Assembly (NCBI GenBank): GCA_029237775.1
Contig: JAQZBR010000003.1
Coordinates: 210,599 to 274,598, forward strand
From: Bacteroidota bacterium
Lineage (GTDB): Bacteria; Bacteroidota; Bacteroidia; 2-12-FULL-35-15
DNA length: 64,000 nt
Direction: 5' to 3'
The notes under the pieces are model-generated. The model saw nothing but the letters and a program-made list of their open reading frames with translations. It was not told where the DNA came from and searched no databases. A program made the translations under genes and the position numbers. This document shows, one piece after another, positions 56,976 through 64,000 of this stretch. Position 1 is the stretch's first letter, and each line of letters starts with the position of its first letter.

Positions 56976-58202
56976 GTGGCAGATTTAAAACATAACAAAA
57001 AGAATCTTTGTCTTTTTACAAGTGAATTCCCGTTTGGTGAAAGCGAAGCATATATAGAATCTGAAATTCCTTTTATGGCTGCTTATTATGGAAATGTTTA
57101 TATTTTTCCGGCAATCAGGAACCAAACAAAAAAAAGAGAGCTTCCCCCAAACTTTGAAGTCATATTCTTAGCAGACAACCAAGGCTTTCACCCTCATAAA
57201 ATATTGTTCGGAAATTTTAGTCTTATAGTCAGCGTCCTTTTCCGTGAATTATATTTATATCCGAAGCTATCTCTGTTTTTAAAAGATTGGAAAGACCTGA
57301 AGAATATATTTATCAGGAAAATTTTCTTAGCGGGCTTATTGGAGACTGAATTGAAAAAAAGAAGGATCGCTGACTCAATTATGTATTCATATTGGTTTAG
57401 CGATTGGATTCTTGTTCTTGGAATATTGAAATATAAAGGGGTGATAGGTAAATTTTATTCCCGCGCCCATGGATTTGATGTTTATGAGGAAAGACATAAG
57501 AATAAACATATTCCTTTTCGGTACTTTCATTTAAAAATGGTTGAAACTGTTTTTTCAGTGTCAAAAAAAGGCTCTGAACATTTAAAGCAGTTGGGCTTTT
57601 TTTCTGAAAAGGTTCGCTGTAGTTATTTAGGTGTTCCTGATAATGGCTCCAATCCTTTTAATGAAAATGGAATTTTTTCCATTGTTTCCTGTTCTAATAT
57701 TATCCCATTGAAAAGAATTCACCTTATCGTGGAAATTCTGAGCCATTTAAAATTTGCAGTTAAATGGCTGCATTTTGGTGATGGCGAAGCCAGAAAGGGT
57801 ATAGAGAAAGCGATAACTAATTTACCCGCCAATATTGACGTTGAGTTGCGCGGGCAGGTAAGCAATTCTACGGTGCTTAATTTTTACACAGCTCAGACGG
57901 TTAATTTATTTATAAATGTCAGCGAAACAGAAGGCTTGCCTATGACACTGATAGAGGCCTGCAGTTTTGGGATTCCAATGATTGCGACAGACGTAGGAGG
58001 CAATCGGGAAATAGTTTCGAATAAGACCGGGATTCTCATTCCGGCTAATTTCAATCCTGAAATTATTGCAGAAATGATAACCAACTTCAAAAACAGTAAA
58101 ATGAATTCAGCAGCTTTCAGAAAGACCGTTAAATCTTTCTGGGCAGAAAATTTTTACGATAAGGTTAATTATACTGGATTTTATAAGTCGATATCTAAGT
58201 AG
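56976..58202 (+). CDS. Glycosyltransferase family 4
   Basis: SRAHGFD, KRIH, SETEGLP..LIEA...GIP.IATDVGG. Confidence 0.88.
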   Translation: MADLKHNKKNLCLFTSEFPFGESEAYIESEIPFMAAYYGNVYIFPAIRNQTKKRELPPNFEVIFLADNQGFHPHKILFGNFSLIVSVLFRELYLYPKLSLFLKDWKDLKNIFIRKIFLAGLLETELKKRRIADSIMYSYWFSDWILVLGILKYKGVIGKFYSRAHGFDVYEERHKNKHIPFRYFHLKMVETVFSVSKKGSEHLKQLGFFSEKVRCSYLGVPDNGSNPFNENGIFSIVSCSNIIPLKRIHLIVEILSHLKFAVKWLHFGDGEARKGIEKAITNLPANIDVELRGQVSNSTVLNFYTAQTVNLFINVSETEGLPMTLIEACSFGIPMIATDVGGNREIVSNKTGILIPANFNPEIIAEMITNFKNSKMNSAAFRKTVKSFWAENFYDKVNYTGFYKSISK

Positions 58203-58269
58203 AAGCGTCTTTTTTTGTTATGAATTATGTATATTGCATTTATGTTTTGTTAAATTAAAGTAAAAAATT

Positions 58270-58953
58270 ATGAGCAAAAAGAAAAATCGCCTTGATGAAA
58301 CTTTTAACGATTTAATGTCTTTGAATGTTAAAACTTATTGTGATTTAGGACCAGGGAAAGGATATTTAAGTAAAAAATTAAAAAACGCCAATAAAGAAGT
58401 GTTGGCAGTTGATGCTCCATGGGCAAGATTTGGTGCTCATGACTGGGCTAAAGAGATAGATATTAAAATGTATTTTATCGAATTCTTCACAGGCGATTTT
58501 AATCAAATTCAGGAAAAGGTGGATTGTTTTATTTTGGCTCACTCAATTGCGCATTATAGATTTTCGCCTTATTTATTATTTGAAAAGATATATAATAAAT
58601 TGCCGTCAGGGGGATATTTCTATTTATCCACAGTCAATGCTACGGATTATTATAAAGTTTTAAAATTCATGAAAGGAACTCCTATTGTTGAGAAGGTTTC
58701 TAAGAATATGGATGAAGGATTTAAAGATGTGGCGGTCGATTTTAATAAAACCGGGATGCGGCAAATCTGGGACGACTGGATGCATGTAAAAGAGTACACC
58801 AAAAATGAAATAGACGAATTGTTTAAAAACAGTGGATTTGTAATTGAAAAGTCCTTTTACAGAAACAATTTCAGCCATTGGAAAAAAGATCTCATCATAA
58901 AAATGTTTCCGCATTTGTCAGAAGAGATCGTTGTAATTGGTAGAAAACCATAG
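58270..58953 (+). CDS. Class I SAM-dependent methyltransferase
   Basis: CDLGPGKG motif I, HSIAH, L..GGYFYLST. Confidence 0.72.
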   Translation: MSKKKNRLDETFNDLMSLNVKTYCDLGPGKGYLSKKLKNANKEVLAVDAPWARFGAHDWAKEIDIKMYFIEFFTGDFNQIQEKVDCFILAHSIAHYRFSPYLLFEKIYNKLPSGGYFYLSTVNATDYYKVLKFMKGTPIVEKVSKNMDEGFKDVAVDFNKTGMRQIWDDWMHVKEYTKNEIDELFKNSGFVIEKSFYRNNFSHWKKDLIIKMFPHLSEEIVVIGRKP

Positions 58954-58962
58954 TTAAATAAA

Positions 58963-59889
58963 ATGTTAGTTTCGGTTATAATACCCTGTTTTAATGTAGA
59001 GGAGTATATTGAAGAGTGCTTGAATTCGGTATTTAATCAAACATTTGATAATCTTCAGGTTATTTGCGTAGATAATAATTCAACTGATCAGACCTTGAAT
59101 AAGATCCTGAGCATTAGAACGAATAATCCGGGCAAAAACATTGAGGTCTTAACCGAAAGCAGGAAAGGCGCTTCAGCGGCTCGTAACAAGGGATTATCTG
59201 TTTCGAAAGGTGAATGGATTCAGTTTCTTGACGCGGATGACCTTCTCCAACCGGGAAAAATTCAGCATCAGATAAATTTGCTTTCGCAAAATAAGAGTAC
59301 TGCATTTATTGCTGCTGCCTCGTATAAAGACAATCTTGATGGTGAACGCATTGAGGTTCAGGTTAATTTACCTGATGCTTATAAAGCATTATTTGTAACC
59401 AGGCTTGGAAATACGTGCTCCAATTTGTTTAATTCTGCCGTATTAAAGGAAATAAATGGCTGGAATCCGGATCTTGGAAGTTCACAGGAAATGGATCTTA
59501 TGTTGAGGATACTTGAGAAAAACACTTCAGTTGTTTTTGATATTGTTCCTTTGACGGTGATAAGGGAGAGGGCTGCCGGCCAGATAACGAAATCCGATCC
59601 TGCGAAATACTGGAGACAGTATGTAAAATTGCGTTCGCAAATGATAAGTTATTTAAAAATCAGAAGAGCAGAATATTTTAAGAGTGAAGCCGCGTTTTAT
59701 TATCAGAAGTTCTTTCTCCAACTAAGACGATTGGCCAAACTGGATCCCGAATATGCCTTTGAATTGTATTCATTACATTACCAGAAAGACTTTGTCCCTG
59801 AGCAGAGTGTCTTCTACCGTCTTTCTTTCAGATTGTTAGGTTTTGACAAAACTGAAAAGCTTTTAAGTATATTAAAACAGGGACGTTGA
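58963..59889 (+). CDS. Glycosyltransferase family 2
   Basis: SVIIPCFN, VDNNSTD, GASAARNKG, FLDADD. Confidence 0.92.
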   Translation: MLVSVIIPCFNVEEYIEECLNSVFNQTFDNLQVICVDNNSTDQTLNKILSIRTNNPGKNIEVLTESRKGASAARNKGLSVSKGEWIQFLDADDLLQPGKIQHQINLLSQNKSTAFIAAASYKDNLDGERIEVQVNLPDAYKALFVTRLGNTCSNLFNSAVLKEINGWNPDLGSSQEMDLMLRILEKNTSVVFDIVPLTVIRERAAGQITKSDPAKYWRQYVKLRSQMISYLKIRRAEYFKSEAAFYYQKFFLQLRRLAKLDPEYAFELYSLHYQKDFVPEQSVFYRLSFRLLGFDKTEKLLSILKQGR

Positions 59890-59911
59890 ATTTTAAAATA
59901 AATTTTTCAAA

Positions 59912-61009
59912 TTGAGTATTAAAAAGATTCTTTTAGCTGTAGGTGCCCGTCCAAACTTTATTAAGATAACAGAGTTTAGAAGGGTGGTTCGTGAATATCC
60001 TGATATTGAACTTAAGATTGTTCATACAGGACAGCACTTTGATATTAAGATGGCTGATGTTTTTTTTCAGCAATTGAACATTGTCCCTGATTATTTTCTG
60101 CATGTTCCGCCAGCTTCCCCAAACACTCAGATTGCCGAAATAATGCTGAGGCTCGAAAAGTTGGTAGTAGCAGATTTTAAGCCTGATCTGATCCTGGTGG
60201 TCGGAGATGTTAATTCTACGTTGGCCATTGCGCTGACCGCGAATAAGCTCGGGATCAGGCTAGGACATATTGAAAGTGGCCTGAGAAGTAATGATTTCAG
60301 CATGCCCGAAGAAATTAACAGGATTTTGACTGATAATATAACTGATTATTTTTTTATCACTGAACAAAGCGGTTATGATAATCTTTTGAAGGAAGGTAAA
60401 AGGAAAGACTGCCTGTTTATGGTGGGAAATACAATGATAGACGCTTTGGTGGCTAAGGAAAAGGAGATACGGGCGTCAGATGTGCTGGATGTTTACGGTT
60501 TAACCGGAACCGATTTTATTTTAATGACCATGCACAGGCCTGCTACGGTGGATTCAGAAAAAGGGCTCACAAAATTATTAGAACTGGTAAGAGTAGCTAC
60601 AAACAAACTGAAGCTTATTATTCCCATGCATCCCAGGACCTTATCAAATCTTGAAAAGTTTAATTTATTAGGAGATTTTAAAAAGAATAAAAATGTGATA
60701 ATTACTGAGCCGCTGGATTATTTCTCGTTTCAAAAGCTTATTCTTCATTGTAAGTTAATACTAACAGACAGTGGAGGTATCCAGGAAGAGAGCACTTTCA
60801 GGAAAGTTCCATGTTTAACATTCAGGCCAAATACCGAGCGTCCGGTTACTTGTCTGGAGGGAACAAATACGCTGGTTCCCTTTGATGCAGAAGAAGCAGA
60901 AAAATTCATCAACGATATTATCAACGGCAGTTATAAAACCGGAAAGGATATCGAACTTTGGGATGGCTTAGCAACAAAAAGAATTGTTGAAATAATATCA
61001 AAGCTTTAA
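59912..61009 (+). CDS. wecB: Non-hydrolysing UDP-N-acetylglucosamine 2-epimerase
   Basis: GARPNFIK, HTGQH, GDVNST, HIESGLRS, PEEINR, TDSGGIQEE, TERP. Confidence 0.93.
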   Translation: MSIKKILLAVGARPNFIKITEFRRVVREYPDIELKIVHTGQHFDIKMADVFFQQLNIVPDYFLHVPPASPNTQIAEIMLRLEKLVVADFKPDLILVVGDVNSTLAIALTANKLGIRLGHIESGLRSNDFSMPEEINRILTDNITDYFFITEQSGYDNLLKEGKRKDCLFMVGNTMIDALVAKEKEIRASDVLDVYGLTGTDFILMTMHRPATVDSEKGLTKLLELVRVATNKLKLIIPMHPRTLSNLEKFNLLGDFKKNKNVIITEPLDYFSFQKLILHCKLILTDSGGIQEESTFRKVPCLTFRPNTERPVTCLEGTNTLVPFDAEEAEKFINDIINGSYKTGKDIELWDGLATKRIVEIISKL

Positions 61010-61010
61010 G

Positions 61011-62201
61011 ATGTACTTTTATCTGACCACGAATGAGTTTTATTCAGGGATCTATCAGGGTCAGGTTATTGACCTCGTGGATTTTTTAAAAGAAGAATTA
61101 AATTATAATGTCAGGTTAATCGCTTTTCTTCCTTTAAAGGGTTTTTGGCAAAGAAGAAAAGAAATCAGGCGTCACGCTCCCAGTGCGATTGTTTTGCCGA
61201 TGACTCCCCGGCAAAGTTCCGGTTTGAAATGGAGACAGAATCAATACCTTCTTGGTTTTATCTGCAAGTTATACGGCTGTAAAGGAATTATCTGCAGGGG
61301 CCCTTTTGCAGTAAACCTCGCTTCCTTTGCTAAAAACAAGAACGGAAAACCCGGGATATGTTACGATGGGAGAGGTGCTGTTGCAGCCGAAGCCGAAGAG
61401 TATAATGTATTTCCCCTTCCTATAAAAAATGAAATCCGTTCAATTGAAAGAGATGCGCTTACTCTTTCGGATACAAGAATTTGTATAACCGAAAGCTTGC
61501 TCCGGTATTGGCGGAATGAATATAATTATACAGGTGATAACCATTATATAATTCCCGGAACTCTGAATAAAAATTTTCTTGTTTCTTCCATAGATCGAAG
61601 CACTAAAAACGCTCAACGGGAAAAATTAGGTTATGGTCCGGAGGATATATTACTGATATATTCCGGCTCCACAGAAGGATGGCAGTCTTTCAATTTACTC
61701 TATGAATTCTTAAGTGCACAGTTTAGAAAAAATAGATTTATTAAGGTTCTTTTTTTATCTAAAGAAGAAGAAAACATTAAAAAACTCAAACAGGAGTTTC
61801 CCGGCTGTGTAAACAGGTTGTGGCTTTCCCCATCAGATGTCCGCGATGTATTGAGCGCGGCTGATTATGGGCTTATCATACGTGAAAATACAATTACAAA
61901 TAGGGTCGCAATGCCAACCAAATTCCCTGAATACCTTGCTTGCGGCCTTAATGTTCTGGCAAATAGCTCGGTTGATCTTGTTACTTCTTTCATTGAAAAA
62001 CATGAATGTGGATTGCTGATCGATAAGCACTCAGATATCGTTTTGCACGGGACTTCAGGTGCAGACAATTTAAAGAACAGGGAACTTGCTATAAAGTATT
62101 TTAATAAATTTGACCCGGCCTTCAGATCGCAATATGTTTCGCTTATGAACAAACTGAGATATGGTTCCATTAATCCAGATATGAATGAAGATCATAAATA
62201 A
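61011..62201 (+). CDS. GT-B fold glycosyltransferase (GT4-like)
   Basis: YSGS...WQ, NRVAMPTKFPEYLACG. Confidence 0.75.
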   Translation: MYFYLTTNEFYSGIYQGQVIDLVDFLKEELNYNVRLIAFLPLKGFWQRRKEIRRHAPSAIVLPMTPRQSSGLKWRQNQYLLGFICKLYGCKGIICRGPFAVNLASFAKNKNGKPGICYDGRGAVAAEAEEYNVFPLPIKNEIRSIERDALTLSDTRICITESLLRYWRNEYNYTGDNHYIIPGTLNKNFLVSSIDRSTKNAQREKLGYGPEDILLIYSGSTEGWQSFNLLYEFLSAQFRKNRFIKVLFLSKEEENIKKLKQEFPGCVNRLWLSPSDVRDVLSAADYGLIIRENTITNRVAMPTKFPEYLACGLNVLANSSVDLVTSFIEKHECGLLIDKHSDIVLHGTSGADNLKNRELAIKYFNKFDPAFRSQYVSLMNKLRYGSINPDMNEDHK

Positions 62202-63321
62202 TAATCCTGGTGGATATCCTGAAGTAAGGAATATTAATGTGGGGGTGGCAGACGTGATAGAAGTAAATGATGTTTTTAATATTGGAAATAAACTTAAACA
62301 CAAAGTTACCGGCAAAGGCTACAACCCTTTTTTCAAAGGATTTTTTCTCTCATTCAAACATCGTGACATACCTTGCCATCTCTTCAATAACATCAATCTT
62401 GGGAGTAACCCCTGGGTCGTAACATTCGAAACCACCGTTCCCAGATTAGGAGAATCCTCAGGCTTTTGGTATCGATTGGGAATTAGAAAGCTCGCTGCGC
62501 GGAATTGCAAAAAGATTATTGCTTTGTCGGATTGTACCTATAACCGACAGATCATATTCACAGAGAAGAATTATCCGGAGTTTTCAAAACGGGTCCGGGA
62601 GAAAATGATTGTAATGCATCCTCCACAGCGTGCTCTGATAACAACATATGATGATAAACGTCAACAACCTGACAAGCTCTCTTTCACAATTGTGGGGGCT
62701 GATTTTTTCAGAAAAGGTGGGAGGGAGATACTGAATGTGTTTGCGAAATTAATTCCTCGTTTCCCTCAATTACATTTGAATATTGTGAGTTCAATGTCCT
62801 ATGGTGATTATGCTTCAAAAACAGAAAAACAGGATTATTTAAAAGCCCTTGAAATCATTAAAAGCTTTCCATCGAATATTTTTCCTTACAACAAGCTTCA
62901 GAATAACGATGTACTCGAATTGCTGAAGAATACAGATGTTGGATTATTGCCCTCGTGGGGTGATACTTATGGATATTTTGTATTGGAGGCACAAGCAGCG
63001 GGGTGTCCCGTGATAACTACGGATCTGCGTGCCTTTCCGGAAATAAATAATGATAAGATAGGCTGGTTGATCAAGGTTCCGTTAAATGAATTAATGGATG
63101 GAGACATAGACTCGGTTGAAAAGCGAAGCCGATTTCAAAATATCATAGAGCAGCGCCTGGAAGAAATTTTGCTGGAAATAGTGTCTGCTCCGTCTTTGGT
63201 GAAGCAAAAGGGAATGGCGGCTTTGGATAGAATTAAAGAAGAACATTCTCCTCAAAAATACCGCAAAAAGCTTGAGGATTTGTATATTGAATGTTTTGGT
63301 AAAGACAAGCTTGTTCATTAA
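62185..63321 (+). CDS. Glycosyltransferase family 4
   Basis: RKGG, LLPSWGDTYG...LEAQAAGCPVITT. Confidence 0.85.
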   Translation: MKIINNNPGGYPEVRNINVGVADVIEVNDVFNIGNKLKHKVTGKGYNPFFKGFFLSFKHRDIPCHLFNNINLGSNPWVVTFETTVPRLGESSGFWYRLGIRKLAARNCKKIIALSDCTYNRQIIFTEKNYPEFSKRVREKMIVMHPPQRALITTYDDKRQQPDKLSFTIVGADFFRKGGREILNVFAKLIPRFPQLHLNIVSSMSYGDYASKTEKQDYLKALEIIKSFPSNIFPYNKLQNNDVLELLKNTDVGLLPSWGDTYGYFVLEAQAAGCPVITTDLRAFPEINNDKIGWLIKVPLNELMDGDIDSVEKRSRFQNIIEQRLEEILLEIVSAPSLVKQKGMAALDRIKEEHSPQKYRKKLEDLYIECFGKDKLVH

Positions 63322-63345
63322 TATCTATTAAGTGTAGTTTTGAGT

Positions 63346-64000
63346 ATGGGAGCAAAGAAAAATAAAACATTGGTTTTTAGTATCGGGATGAATTGGTTCT
63401 ATCTCATTTTTAAAGATTGTATCCGGTCGCATGAGGAATATTGTAAAAGAAATGGGTATGAGTACCGTCTTATTAAAAATTCATATAAGGATCTCAGCGG
63501 AGATGAATCAGCATGGTTGAAAATAGTACTGTTGATCAATGCTCTGGAGGCAGGCTATGAAAATGTGTTTTTTATAGATGCTGATTGTTTGATAAGGGAA
63601 CATGCCCCGCCCTTGGATGAACTGATCCATGAAGGAAAAGATATTTATCTCGCTTCAGGATTTTCCGGCAGGATAAATTCCGGAGTTATCATTGTGAAAA
63701 ACACAAAACCCGCACTTGAGTTCTTCTATAAAGTGCTGAATGATTGTGAAGTGCCGGTGCCGAAGGAAGATGCTGCTCCATTCGAGAACGGACACATGAT
63801 CCACCATGGGAAAAATAATTCTTTGATTCAGATAATTCCGCATGATCTCTGGAATAATAATTCCAGAATAGATCCTCAAAGTTATATTCAGCATTACAGT
63901 AATGGGAAGCTGAGGGATGAATATCTGGCATCAGCTAAAACCAGGCTCCTTTTCGTGCGAATAGTCAATCTGCTTTTTACTATTAATAAAAGGTTTGCAA
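63346..64000 (+). CDS. Partial GT-A fold glycosyltransferase (GMA12/MNN10, GT34-like); runs off the window end and is not in the ORF track
   Basis: Hand translation MGAKKNKTLVFSIG...YCKRNGYEY...AWLKI...FFIDADCLI...INSGVIIVKN with a DxD motif; no stop before 64000. Confidence 0.65.
   Translation, partial: MGAKKNKTLVFSIGMNWFYLIFKDCIRSHEEYCKRNGYEYRLIKNSYKDLSGDESAWLKIVLLINALEAGYENVFFIDADCLIREHAPPLDELIHEGKDIYLASGFSGRINSGVIIVKNTKPALEFFYKVLNDCEVPVPKEDAAPFENGHMIHHGKNNSLIQIIPHDLWNNNSRIDPQSYIQHYSNGKLRDEYLASAKTRLLFVRIVNLLFTINKRFA

Noticed and set aside
1-64000. Search for tRNA, rRNA, riboswitch, transposase, integrase and prophage genes
   Set aside because: No T-loop or cloverleaf signatures, or DDE/tyrosine recombinase motifs, recognised by eye; a tRNAscan/Infernal run is needed to be certain

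Overview
Bacteroidota chromosomal window. The taxon is inferred from T9SS C-terminal sorting domains, TAnnTTTG -7 promoter boxes and gene content. Left part (1-29.5 kb): a phenylacetate catabolism cluster (paaC-D-G-H-I-J-Y), housekeeping and stress genes, a T9SS cargo protein, four tandem TPR-PD40(-OmpA) paralogs, a 2-oxoacid dehydrogenase E2 and glyA. Right part (29.6-64 kb) is a large cell-surface locus with four components. (1) An exosortase (XrtX/XrtF-like), its associated membrane protein and a tiny 80-aa PID-CTERM-like substrate, interleaved with two paralogous T9SS adhesin-like proteins. (2) A Wzc-sulfotransferase-Wzm-Wzt glycan export block. (3) An opposite-strand acylation island: a translationally coupled FkbH-ACP-MaoC-SDR-MBOAT-SGNH operon plus a second MBOAT-SGNH pair. 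(4) Glycosyltransferases, a methyltransferase and wecB. The best candidates for undescribed biology are the FkbH-ACP-dehydratase-reductase-MBOAT module (predicted glyceryl/lactyl transfer to a surface glycan), the minimal exosortase substrate, and an internally deleted four-helix-bundle gene inside a palindromic element whose empty form lies 1.2 kb away. No rRNA, tRNA, CRISPR array or transposase was recognised. All family assignments come from motif recognition by eye, not from database searches. Several start codons were moved downstream of the ORF-track starts.
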